Source: Eledone cirrhosa
Taxonomy: Eukaryota
Assembly: GCA_964016885.1 (NCBI GenBank)
Contig: OZ024741.1
Coordinates: 44,082,001 to 44,146,000 of the forward strand
DNA length: 64,000 bases
Reading direction: 5' to 3'
The notes beneath the pieces were generated by a model. That model saw only the letters and a program-made list of their open reading frames with translations. It was not told the origin of the DNA and ran no database searches. A program made the position numbers and the translations under genes. Each line of letters starts with the position of its first letter. Position 1 is the stretch's first letter. Positions 13,333 to 25,353 of this stretch are shown here, one piece after another.

Positions 13333-16300
13333 GATTTCTTTATTAACTACAAGGGTTTACATAAAGTAGACATTAAGGACAGTGCAGGACAATACAGGAC
13401 GGTACAAATGGGCATTTCTGCGTGTAAAAAACAAAAACAGAGGATGTAACAAAAAAATAACAATGAAAAATTCCCCAATAGGGGGGAGACTTCGGTGGGA
13501 CATTTGTGGAGAAAGCCACAATGACCCTGACCACCAAGGCAAGCGCCCTCTCCCAGTTTTCCACCTTTAATTTACAGATATATACTCAGAGTAGGCCCAT
13601 TCACTCGGGCCATTCTTGCTTCTCTCACCCATCTTTCAACAAAATTCTGGGAAGAGAGCACGTCCCTCTCTACTCTGATTTTCCTTATCAAATTAAATTT
13701 GAAAAAGTCAATCAGGGCATCACCGAAGAGGTAAGTGCTCGTCTTCAGCCCTTTCAAACGTGTCCACCATACTATCTCTTTCGCCATGGCCACCAGACAG
13801 ATAAAAACTGCCTGCCCTTCCCGGCTAAAGGAGGAGGGCGGGGCAATCCTAACGATGGACTCAGATGATAGCCGGATCCGTCCTAAACGCGACAGCAGGT
13901 GTTCGACATAAACCCACATGTCAGCAATTTTCGGACACTGGACGAGTGCGTGCAGGACGGTTTCGTCGCCCTGCGCGCATCTCGGACATGCCCGGCTGAC
14001 GGCACCTCCATGCCTGTAGAGTTTATCCCGAACTGGCAAGGCTCCTCGGTAGCACTGCCAGGCCAGAGATTTCTGGAAGTTGTCCATAGGCCCCGGCCCG
14101 AAAGTTCTTCTGAAGAGATTGGCTAGTTGATTTTCGTCGACGCCTAGAGTTTCCCCAAGTACGTCGTCGCTCTTCCCCTCCACTAATCCTCTGTAGAACG
14201 CCGAGGTGGAGTTTCCACCGATCCCATTGCCCGATTGGACGAGGGCTGTGAGCGCCTGAAGACATTCCAGTCTCCAGGCGCTCCCTCTCCTTCTTCGCTT
14301 GACCCAGGACTGCAGCTCTGTCATGGAAACGAGCTGGGGAAATACGTGTCTAGCAAATGGCGACAACACCTGATCACCGTCGAGGAAAAGGTGGAGATGT
14401 CGTAGCCTGAGCGCGTGCCAGCGCATCATCAGCCACGGCATGCCCAGCCCTCCACGTAGCGGGTGTTGACAACAGATGGACCGCCTGACCATTGGAGCGC
14501 TTCCCTTCCCCAAAAAGCGAAAGAGCAAACGCTCCAGCGCAGTCAGGCGAGGCTTAGGACAAGGTACGACGGTCAGGCGGTAGCAGATGACAGACGCGAT
14601 GTACGCGTTAGCCACCTCCGCTCGACCTTTTAGGGATAGCTTCCTCTCCGCCCATTTCTGGGTGAGAGAAGCCACCCTGCTCCTTACCTCGTCCCAGTTT
14701 TTGTCCGTCTGGAGGTCCGGACCGAACCAGACCCCTAGCAATTTAACCGGTCCGTCCGTCCAGCGTCCGACGACGCTGTTGGACGGCATGGACCTACCTC
14801 TCCAGGTGCCGAGCTGCAGGCCCACTGACTTATCCTGGTTGATCATTGCTCCTGTCACCGCTTCGTATTCTCTTAGTGTAGTGCCGATCGCCTCGATGTG
14901 TTTGGCGTTCGACAACATTACGGTGACATCGTCCGCATATGCTGACACGGATCTTCTGCATCCTAGTTCGCGCGGGACGCCCCTCAACGTCTCCAGTTTG
15001 TGCAGTAATGGCTCGAGAGTCAATACGAACAAGAGGGACGAGAGGGGACATCCTTGGCGGACCGAGCGTATGATGTTGAACGGTTCCGACAGGTGACCGT
15101 TCACTCTCACCACAGAGCAGATGTCGCTGTGCATGGTAGCGATCCAGCCTCTGAAGACGGGCCCAAAGCCAGCCGCCCTCAGGACTGCCGCTAGGTAACG
15201 ATGGTCGACCCTATCGAAAGCTTTCGACTGATCAAAATTGATCAAGGACCCACCCATGCCAGGTTCTCTAGCTACCCTCTCTACGATGTATCGCATGAGG
15301 TGGAGGTTGTCGTTGATAGATCTGTCGGGAATGGCGCATGTCTGCGCCTCTCCCACCAGACCACCAACGACAAGCGCCAACCTCTTTGCTAGCACCTTGG
15401 CCAAAATCTTGAACTCTGTGTTTAGCAGAGTTATGGGCCGGAAATTATCTATGTTATCCACCTTGTTCGGATCCTTTCTCAGCAGTGCCACCGCTCCTCG
15501 GCTCACAGAACTGGGAATTCTCCCGTTCTGTTGCCAGTTGCAGTAGACGTCCGCCACGAGGCCTCCGAACAAGTCTGGATTCTGTACGTAAAGTTCATAG
15601 GGCAGACCATCCACACCAGGCGATTTACCCCTTGTGCAGCCAGTCATTGCCTCCCTTACTTCAGCGGCTGTTATCGGCTTTTCGCAACACTTCGCCTCAG
15701 TGGCCGAGAGCCGCGGCAGTCCGTCGTGGTAGACACTAAAGTCCATCCCTCGACCCGGCCCACCGCTTCCCCCGAACAGCTGAGCCAAGTGTCGCTGAAA
15801 AGCTTCACACATTTGCCCGGGATCGAGTAGCATGCGCCCGTCGTGGTCCACCAAAGACCGGATCGTGACTCTGTTGCCACGACGCGCCTCCGCCACTCGG
15901 GCCCATTGAACGGCTTTCGTCCCCTCGTGTCTGAGAGCACACACCCTTGCTCTGACAACGCAGCCTTCGTGCTTTTCTTTGAAGAATTGGTCAAGGGCCA
16001 ATTTCGCCGCAAGAACGTCTGTCGCAATGCCTTTGCTAAGCGACTCGTCTAATTCTCTAACTAGTTCTCCCTCTGCTCTATTTTTCTCTATTGCTAAAGC
16101 CTTACTAAATCTAATGGATTCTATTCTAATCGCTCTTTTCAGAGCAAACCACCACTTGTTGTTGACGATGGCCCCCGTTAACGCCCGCTTAAATAGTTCG
16201 CTAATCCGGTCTCTGTAGGCCTTGCGCGCTGGTAAGGACGCGTTTAGCTTCCAGTAGCCGGGTCCTCGTCTATGAAGCCTATCTAAGTCAAGCACACAGA

Positions 16301-16333
16301 TCACGAATTTGTGGTCCGAGTAGCTGACTATCT
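13333..16333 (-). mobile_element. Tx1/L1-clade LINE copy 1, 5'-truncated
   Basis: 3' UTR ends CCTTGTAGTTAATAAAGAAATC(ATT)n; contains the 910-aa ORF; highly similar to copy 2. Confidence 0.93.
13572..16304 (-). CDS. Tx1-like ORF2, C-terminal 910 aa (RT plus CCHC), uninterrupted but lacking the APE domain
   Basis: GYWKLNAS, KSPGVDGLPYE, FRPITLLN, DQSKAFDRV, RQGCPLS, AYADD, GGLG, CPRC..ETVLHALVQC. Confidence 0.9.
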   Translation of the reverse strand: MICVLDLDRLHRRGPGYWKLNASLPARKAYRDRISELFKRALTGAIVNNKWWFALKRAIRIESIRFSKALAIEKNRAEGELVRELDESLSKGIATDVLAAKLALDQFFKEKHEGCVVRARVCALRHEGTKAVQWARVAEARRGNRVTIRSLVDHDGRMLLDPGQMCEAFQRHLAQLFGGSGGPGRGMDFSVYHDGLPRLSATEAKCCEKPITAAEVREAMTGCTRGKSPGVDGLPYELYVQNPDLFGGLVADVYCNWQQNGRIPSSVSRGAVALLRKDPNKVDNIDNFRPITLLNTEFKILAKVLAKRLALVVGGLVGEAQTCAIPDRSINDNLHLMRYIVERVAREPGMGGSLINFDQSKAFDRVDHRYLAAVLRAAGFGPVFRGWIATMHSDICSVVRVNGHLSEPFNIIRSVRQGCPLSSLLFVLTLEPLLHKLETLRGVPRELGCRRSVSAYADDVTVMLSNAKHIEAIGTTLREYEAVTGAMINQDKSVGLQLGTWRGRSMPSNSVVGRWTDGPVKLLGVWFGPDLQTDKNWDEVRSRVASLTQKWAERKLSLKGRAEVANAYIASVICYRLTVVPCPKPRLTALERLLFRFLGKGSAPMVRRSICCQHPLRGGLGMPWLMMRWHALRLRHLHLFLDGDQVLSPFARHVFPQLVSMTELQSWVKRRRRGSAWRLECLQALTALVQSGNGIGGNSTSAFYRGLVEGKSDDVLGETLGVDENQLANLFRRTFGPGPMDNFQKSLAWQCYRGALPVRDKLYRHGGAVSRACPRCAQGDETVLHALVQCPKIADMWVYVEHLLSRLGRIRLSSESIVRIAPPSSFSREGQAVFICLVAMAKEIVWWTRLKGLKTSTYLFGDALIDFFKFNLIRKIRVERDVLSSQNFVERWVREARMARVNGPTLSIYL

Positions 16334-19300
16334 AACCGGTGGTTATCTAACCATACATTCGCCAATCATCGATAAGAGCGTTTAAATATCGAACCTAAAC
16401 AGTTCGAATAACGGTGAAATGGAGACTAGAATGTCATGTGACAGACTCTCACCCAACAGGTGCTCCCTGGCGCAGCAGCAGGGACCTGGCTGTCAACCAA
16501 ATACTGATGGTGCCGGGGGAAGAAGAAGAAGGAAAGGGACCAGAACCAACTGGACGAAAGAATTGAATAGAACTGTTATGCAATGTTACCTGAAGAGTAA
16601 CCCCAAGGAGAAAGGCTATAGGAAACGGATGCATAAAATCTGGAACGAGATTGGTCTATTTAAATTAGATGAACAAAAATCAGCTGGGAAGGCTCGGGTA
16701 ATAAGAACTAATGGGTGGATAAGCGAGCTGGAACTGGAGGAACTGAGCAGAGAGACTAGTTTGGAAATGGAGAGTGGAGTATGCCAGGCAAACGAACCAG
16801 TGGGAAATGAAGGTGAAGAGGTCGAGAGAACGGAGTAACCGTCCGAAGCAGACGATGATCTGAATGCTGAAATAAATAATACCTGGAACAAAGATACGGC
16901 CATTGAGGAGTTGAATGCTGACGGGCTAGGACAAGATTTGATTGATATCCTAAACTTAGTGGTAGATGAATTGAACAATGATAGTGGGAAACCTATGAAC
17001 CTAAGATTTGTAGACAGGAAAAAGTTAAAAGAAACAACAGCTAAGGTAAACAAAGTCATCCCATACATTGAGGCGAGGAGCCTTCACCAGTGCAACAATA
17101 TCCACAAAGCAACAGCAAGTTCTGTGAGGAAATTACTTGGTATAAAAGCGAGAGGAAACAGCAAACGAGAAAGATCACAGCCTTGGTGTAAGAAACGACT
17201 GAGTGGTCAAATCAGGGAAATGAGAACTGACATTGGAAAGCTTGAGTCCCTACTGAATGGGACACTAAAAAACATAGACACTAAAAATAGACTGGAAATA
17301 AAGTACAAAACTAGGAGGAAAAAGCTAAATATTATCATAGAGGAACTGAAGCAACGCATTGTAGCAAAGAGTGCAAACATCAGGCGATACGAGAGCAGAG
17401 ACAGTCAGTATAGACAGAACCGCATGTTTGACAACAACCAGAAGATGCTGTTTGGACAGCATGAGGGGAAATAAAGAGGCAACGACTTGATCCCTGAGGC
17501 GGAACAAACTAAAACATTCTGGAGAGGAATATGGGAGCAGGATGTTAAACATAATGACGAGGCAGTGTGGATTGAGACAGTACAGAAGGAGATTAGTAAA
17601 TAGGCACACCAACAAACTGACTTGAGTATCACAGTTGAAACTCTTAAGGGGTAGGCCAAAAAATTAACCAACTGAAAATCACCAGGCCCAGATGGTGTGC
17701 AGGGGTATTGGATTAAAAATATAACATCCCTCCACCCGAAACTGACAACCATGTTCAATGACTGCTTGATGTCAGGTGAGGTACCAGAGTGGTTGACGAA
17801 AGGTACCACAGTTCTGGTAATGAAGGACCGAATCAAGGGTAATGATGTTACCAACTATAGACCTATCACATGTCTGTCCGTAATGTGAAAACTGTTGACA
17901 AGCATTATGTCTGAGGAAATCTACCATCACCTCCACACAAACAACTTATTATCGGACGAACAGAAATGATGCCGAAAGAAGTCCCGTGGTACAAAGGACC
18001 AGTTACTTATTGATAAGATAGTAATGAGGAATTGCAAGAGGAGACACACTGGTCTTGCCATGGGATGGATAGACTACAAAAAGGCATTTGACATGGTGCC
18101 TCATTCTTGGATCACCAAAAGCCTAGAGATCTTCAAGGTGGCACATAACATCAGACAGTTGTTGGGAAAAAGTATGAAGTACTGGGAAACAGTGTTAACA
18201 TCAACTGGAGAATCCTTGGGAAGCGTGAAGATCAAGAGAGGTATCTTCCAGGGAGATAGTCTGTCCTCTCTGTTGTTTGTCCTTGCCCTGGTGCCCCTGA
18301 CCATTATACTGCGAAAAGTGAAAGCAGGATAGAAGTTGGGAAAGGGAGAGCTTACCATCAATCACCTCCTCTTCGTGGACGATCTTAAGCTCTTCGGGAA
18401 GAACGAGAAGGAGTTGGATGTGCTTGTTGATGTCCGTATTTTCAGCAATGATATATGTTGGATGTCCGTATTTTCAGCAATGATATATGTATGCAATTTG
18501 GTATTAGTAACTGTAGAGTCCTTGAGATGAAGAGATGTAAATTGAGCAGAAGCCACGGAATCCAGGTACCAACAGGTGAGATGATAAAGGAAATTGACAC
18601 TGAAGAAGGATACAAGTATTTGGGTGTTCTGGAGGCTTATGACATCAAGAGCAAAAAAATGAAGGAATTGATAAGAACTGAATACATTCGGAGAATAAGG
18701 AGCGTATTAAAGTCACATCTGAACAGTAGGAATGCCATAAGTGCAGTAAATTCCCGAGCTGTGTCTATTATTAGGTACAGTGCGGGAATTCTGAGATGGA
18801 ATGTTGCTGAACAAAAAGAAATGGATAGGAAGACTAGGAAATTATTGACTATCTACAACATGTTGCACAAGGGGGGTGATGTCGATAGATTCTACTTAAG
18901 GGGATTTGAAGGTGGAAGATGTCTTATCATCATTGAGGACAGTGTTCAGATGGAGAAAAACAACCTACACAAATACGTGACTGATAGTAAGGAGCCAATG
19001 CTCAGAACTGTACTGAAGGAGAGGACAATAGACCAGGGGATGTCCGGGGTGGAAATAACAACAAGGAGAAAGAGCTGCCTCCAGGAAATATCCCTTCATA
19101 GTACCTTCTTTGAGAAAACTGAATTTAGAGATCCACAGACATGGAATTGGTTGAAAAGAGGAGACATTAAAAAGGCTACAGAAGGAATGTTAATGGCTGC
19201 GCAGGAGCAGGCCCTCAATACGAAGTGGTTGAAACACCATATTTACGAGGAGGAGGCTAGCCCACTGTGCAGGATCTGTGGAGAGAGAGAGGAGACTGTG

Positions 19301-19912
19301 GCTCACATTGTATCCGAGTGTAAACACCTAGCCCATACTTACTATAAGGGCTGGAGACATGATGGGATGGGCAGGGTGATATACTGGCACTATGCAAAGT
19401 AAACAATTCACCACATTCTGAGAAGTGGTATGAGCATAAGCCAGAGTCGGTGACAGAAAACGATCAGGTGAAGGTGCTGTGGGATTTTAGGATACAGACG
19501 GACAAGAAACTGGAACACAATAGACCTGACCTGGTTGTTGTGGAGAAAGAAAAAAGATCGTGCCTGATTGTGGATGTGGCCTGCCCATTTGTCACGGCAG
19601 TGCAAGAGAAGGAGAGGGAGAAAATTAACCGATACCAGGACTTAAAGTGGGAGGTAAAAAGGATTTGGAACTGCCATGAAGTCAAAGTGATCCCGATTGT
19701 CATAGGCGCACTAGGGACTATTTCAAAAAGTTTCCAGGGATGTTTAAAGAAAATTCGCACCTTCACGCTTTTTGGAACGTTTCAAAAGGCATGCTTGCTG
19801 GGAACAGCAAGAACCCTCCGATACGTCCTGAATATCTGAGGCTGCAGGTAGTGGCTTGATACTCATTTTAACAAACTTTCCAGTTAACTAACATTAATGA
19901 CTGAGACTCAAA
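16334..19912 (+). mobile_element. R4/Dong-clade LINE copy A, near full-length, multiple stops and frameshifts
   Basis: N-terminal WTKELNRTVMQCY..GYRKRM..IW..EQ; [37 protein letters not shown]; CRIC..ETVAHIVSEC; REL nuclease RPDLV..IVDVACP..EK..RYQDL. Confidence 0.93.
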
Positions 19913-19916
19913 GAGT

Positions 19917-20132
19917 ATTGTCATAGGCGCACTGGGGACTATCTCCAAAGGTTTCCAGGGATGGTTAAAGAAAATCGGCCCCTTCACGCTTTTTGGAACG
20001 CTTCAAAAGGCATGCTTGCTTGGAACGGCAAGAACCCTCCGATACGTCCTGAATATCTGAGGCTGCAGGTAGTGGCTTGATATTCAATCCAACGGACTTT
20101 CCAGTTAACCAACATCAATGACTGAGATTCAA
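19917..20132 (+). mobile_element. Dong 3' stub, followed by (AAT)n
   Basis: Repeats 19696-19912 with substitutions. Confidence 0.93.
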
Positions 20133-20161
20133 GGAATAACAATAACAATAATAATAATAAT

Positions 20162-23100
20162 GTTTTCTTTATTAACCACAAGGGTTTAAATAAAGTAGAC
20201 ATTAAGGACAGTACAGGACAATACAGGACGGTACAAATGGGCATTTCTGCGTGTAAAAAACAGAGGATGAAATAAAATAACAAAGAAAAATTCCCCAATA
20301 GGGGGGAGACTTCCGAGAGACATTTGTGGAGAAAGCCCATTAAAAAACCACAGTGACCCTGACCACCAGGGCAAGTGTCCTCTCCCAGTTTTCCACCCTT
20401 AATTTACAGACACATACTCAGAGAAGGCCCATTCTTTCGGGCCATACTTGCTTCTCTCACCCATCTTTCAACAAAATGCTGGGAAGAGAGCATTTCCATC
20501 TCTACCCTGATTTTCCTTTTCAAATGAAATTTGAAAAAGTTAATCAGGGCATCACCGAAGAGGTAAGTGCTCGTCTTCAGCCCTTTCAAACGTGTCCACC
20601 ATACTATCTCTTTCGCCATGGCCACCAGACAGATAAAAACTGCCTGCCCTTCCCGGCTAAAGGAAGGGGGCGGGGCAATCCTCACGATGGACTCAGCTGA
20701 TAGCTGGATCCGTCCTACACGTGACAGCAGGTGTTCGACATAAACCCACAAGTCAGCAATGCTCGGACACTGGACGAGTGCGTGCAGGACGGTTTCGTCT
20801 CCCTGCGCGCATCTCGGACATGCCCGGCTGACGGCACCTCCATGCCTGTAGAGTTTATCCCGAACTGGCAAAGCTCCCCGGTAGCACTGCCAGGCCAGGG
20901 ATTTCTGGAAATTGTCCATAGGCCCCGGCCCGAAAGTCCTTCCGAAGAGATTGGCTAGTTGATTTTCGTCGACGCCTAGAGTTTCTCCAAGTACGTCGTC
21001 TCTGTTACCCTCCACTAATCCCCTATAGAACGCCAAGGTGGAGTTTCCACCGATCACATTGCCCGATTGGTCGAGGGCTGTGAGCGCCTGAAGGCATTCC
21101 AGTCTCCAAGCGCTCCCTCTCGGTCTTCGCTTGACCGAGGACTGCAGCTCTGTCAAGGAGACGAGCTGGGGAAAAACGTGTCTAGCAAACGGCGACCACA
21201 CCTGATCACCGTCGAGGAAGAGGTGGAGATGTCGTAGCCTGAGCGCGTGTCTGCGCATCATCAGCCACGGCATGCCCAGCCCTCCACGTAGCGGGTGTTG
21301 ACAGCATATGGACTGCCTGACCATCGGAGCGCGTCCCTTCCACAAGAAGCGAGAGAGCAAACGCTCCAGCGCAGTCAGGCGGGGCTTAGGACAAGGTACG
21401 ACGGTCAGGCGGTAGTAGATGACGGATGCGATGTACGCATTCGCCACCTCCGCTCGACCTTTCAGAGATAGCTTCCTCTCGGCCCATTTCTGGGTGAGAG
21501 AAGCCACCCTGCTCGTCACCTCGTCCCAGTTTTTGTCCTTCTGGAGCTCTGGACCGAACCAGACCCCTAGCAATTTAACCGGTCCGCCCGTCCAGCGCCC
21601 GACGACGCTGTTGGACGGCATGGACCAGCCTCTCCAGGTTCCGAGCTGCAGGCCCACTGACTTTTCCTGGTTGATCATTGCTCCTGTCACCGCTTCGTAT
21701 TCTCTTAGTGTAGTGCCGATCGCCTCGATGTGTTCGGCGTTCGACACCACTACGGTGAAATCGTCGGCATATGCCGACACGGATCTTCCGCATCCTAGTT
21801 CGCGCGGGACGCCCCTCAATGTCTCCAGTTTGTGCAGTAATGCCTCGAGAGTCAATACGTACAATAGGGACGAGAGGGGACATCCTTGGCGGACCGAGCG
21901 CATGATGTTTAACGGTTCCGAAAGGTGACTGTTCACTCTCACTACAGAGCAGATGTCGCTGTGCATGGTAACGATGGTCGACCCTATCGAAAGCTTTCGA
22001 CTGATCTAAATTGATCAAAGTCCCACCCGTGCCAGGTTCCCTAGCTACCCTCTCTACGATGTATCGCATGAGGTGGAGGTTGTCGTGGATGGATCTGTCG
22101 GGAATGGCGCATGTCTGTGCCTCTCCCACCAGACCACCAACGACTAGCACCAACCTCTTTGCTAGCACCTTGGCCAAAATCTTGAACTCTGTGTTTAGCA
22201 GAGTTATGGGCCTAAAATTATCTATGTTATCCCCCTTGTTCGGATCCTTTCTCAGCAGCGCCACCACTCCTCGGCTCACAGAGCTGGGAATTCTCCCGTT
22301 CTGTTGCCAGTTGCAGTAGACATCCGCCAAGAGGCCTTCGAACAAGTCTGGCATTTGTACGTAAAGTTCATAGGGTAGACCATCCAAACCAGGCGATTTA
22401 CTCCTTGTGCAACTAGTCATTGCATCCCGTACTTCAGCGGTTGTTATCGGCTTTTCGCAACACTCGGCCTCAGTGGCCGAAAGCCGCGGCAGTCCGTCGA
22501 GGTAGACACTAAAGTCCATCCCTCGATCCGGCCCGCCACTGCCCCCGAACAGTTGAGCGAAGTGTCGCTGAAAAGCTTCACACATTTGCCCGGGATCGAG
22601 TAGCATGCGCCCGTCGTGGTCCACCAAAGACCGGATCGTGGCTTTGTTGCCACGACGCGCCTCCGCCACTCGGGCCCATTGAACGGCTTTCGTCCCCTCG
22701 TGTCTGAGAGCACGCTCCCTAGCTCTGACAACGCAGGCTTCGTGCTTTGCATTGAAGAATTGGTCAAGGACAAATTTCGCCGCAAGTACGTCGATCGCGA
22801 TGCCTTTGCTAAGCGCCTCATCTAATTTTCTAACTAATTCTCCCTCTGCTCTATGTTTCCCTATTGCTAAAGTCTTACTAAACCTAATGGACGCTATTCT
22901 AATTGCTCTTTTCAGAGCAAACCACCACTTGTTGTTGACGATGGCCCCCGTCAACGCCCGCTTAACTAGTTCGCTAATCCGGTCTCTGTAGGCCTTGCGC
23001 GCTGGTAAGGACGCGTTTAGATTCCAGTAGCCGGGTCCTCGTCTATGAAGCCTATCTAAGTCAAGCACACAGATCACGAATTTATGGTCCGTGTAGCTGA

Positions 23101-25052
23101 CTATCTTGAATTGTGGACAGTCTATGCTAGACCTATCTATTTCCCTACAAAATACTCTATCTAGATATGATCTGGATGACCCTATGCTATTTGTCCAAGT
23201 CCACATTGGTACATTTTGGAAATCCATTCGGTACCTGTCAGACAGTTCAAAACGTCTGAGCAGGTTGGTGAGACTCTTGCACCCTCGTTCCCTATCCACT
23301 AATCCCACACAATCCTAGCGTGCATCTAAGATCCCGTTCCAGTCGCCCACTAACACCAAAGAGCGGGTCGTCCCAAGAAAGGTCTCCAGACGCCGGAAGA
23401 AATCAGGCCGCCCTGCTCCTGTCGGGGCATAGACGGCCACTAACCTGAAAGCTTGCCCGTCTCCGCTGGTCATGTACAGTACCACCAACATACCTTCTGG
23501 GTCCAGGAAGATGGCCCGTATGGCAAGATCCAAACCTCTCCGAAAAAGCACAGCAACTCTTCCCCCCGATCCCGGACGGCTGGGAGATGCGTACACATCG
23601 TAGCCGCCGAAAATCTGTGCGAAAGCCTGTGCTTCGGAGATTCTGGTCTCGCTGATGGCCACTACATCTATGTCTAGAGACCTGAGGTCGTTGAGCAGGT
23701 GCCCTGCTTCCATGATGACCCCAAGCCACGAGCATTTATGCTGCCTATTCTGAGTGAGGTGATGTTGAAAAGGAGTGGAAAAGATGGGAAAGACCACTTA
23801 CCTTACTTCTCGTAGGGGAAGGGCGGTTTTTCCATCCTTTTCACTGCTTGTGGCCTCCTCAGGAAGGATGTCCTTATACATCCTCCTGGAGAGTGCTTGT
23901 CGGAAGTCTCCGATGACTTTGGGGAATTTTTGTTTCAGTGTCATGTACGTTTTCTGTGTGATGCGAGTGATTTGTATGTGTGGAGGTGGTGTGCATTTTG
24001 GGGTTGTTGTGTAGTCTTTTTCTGTGATGCTGGTGTTGTGTTGGATGTAGTGTAATAATTGCTTGTTGTTCAAATTTAATGCTGTGTAGTGTGTATCGTT
24101 TTGGTTGTTTTGTTTTGTTTGCGTTTGTTGTGGGTTTGTTTCTGTTTCGCATTTTGGTGACTTTTGTGGTGTAGGTGATGGTGGTGTTGGGGTTAACGAT
24201 GGTGATGGTGTTGGTGTTTGGCTTGATGGGGTTGGTGATGCTGCTGTAGACGGTGGCATATCTGTTCTAACTTTTTTGTTTCTTAATTTATTTGTTTCCC
24301 TCTGTATTTTGTTTTTGGAGGGGGAAGGAAGAGAATTTTTTTCTTTTTTGGTTTCTTTTTTTTTCCGGATATCGTTTCCCACTCCTCGTCGTCACAATCT
24401 GTCTCCAGTTGTGATAGGCCGGGGAGTGGAAAATCCTCCACAGGCGTTAGTTTTGCTTGTGGCGTGTTGGATGGTGTAGGCGCTGGTGCTAGTTCTGAAG
24501 TGTTGGGTGGTGGTGGTGTTGGTTTTGCTGGTGGTGGTGGTGGTGGTGTTGGTGTTTTGCTACTGTTGCTGGGGTTGTTGCTGTTATAGTTGCTTCTGTT
24601 GTTGCTGCTACAGTTGTTGCTGCCATCTCTGCTACTGGTGGTGTTGATGGTTGTGTCACTGGGGTGGGTAGGAGAGGTGGCCTCAACCTTTTAGCCTGAG
24701 GGCAGAAAGCCCTTAGGTGGGTTCCTTCACCACAAACGACACACCTAGGTCTTCTGCCCTCGACAATTACCGTGAGGTGGCTGCCGTCAGTGAGGTCTAT
24801 TACCTCTGGGATCTCCTCAATGCTTTTTTGGTCCGCTTGGATCAGGAGCTCCATCCCAGATCCGGACCAGTTCTCCTGCTTTTCTTTTGCTATTGCTATT
24901 ATTTTTGTGTTGGCTTCGATGCCGGCGAGGACGGCCGCTATTAGCAAGGGAATTTCGATGGCCGGTGGAACGTGGGTCACCCTGATCTTTACGAGTCTCT
25001 GGCCACAATAGCTTGTGACGAGTGTGAAGTCTTCACTTCTTAATGGGGCCAT
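20162..25052 (-). mobile_element. Tx1/L1-clade LINE copy 2: partial ORF1 with zinc knuckle, and disrupted ORF2 (APE plus RT)
   Basis: ORF1 CVVCGEGTHLRAFC; APE NARGLG, AISET, VYAP, LVGDWN, YLDR, TDH; RT split by a 59-nt deletion; (ATT)n tail. Confidence 0.94.
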
Positions 25053-25353
25053 GGAGAGGGAGAAAATTAACCGATACCAGGACTTAAAGTGGGAGGTAAA
25101 AAGGATTTGGAACTGCTATGAAGTCAAAGTGATCCTGATTGTCATAGGCGCACTAGGGACTATTTCAAAAAGTTTCCAGGGATGTTTATAAAAAATTCGC
25201 CCCTTCACGCTTTTTGGAACGCTTCAAAAGCATGCTTGCTGGGAACAGCAAGAACCCTCCGATACGTCCTGAATATCTGAGGCTGCAGGTAGTGGCTTGA
25301 CATTCATTTCAACAAACTTTCCAGTTAACTAACATCAATGACTGAGACTCAAA
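25053..25353 (+). mobile_element. Dong 3' stub, followed by (AAT)n
   Basis: Matches 19611-19912. Confidence 0.93.

Noticed and set aside
14587-23318. Plus-strand ORFs over the Tx1 copies (and antisense ORFs over Dong)
   Set aside because: Antisense shadows of RT reading frames.
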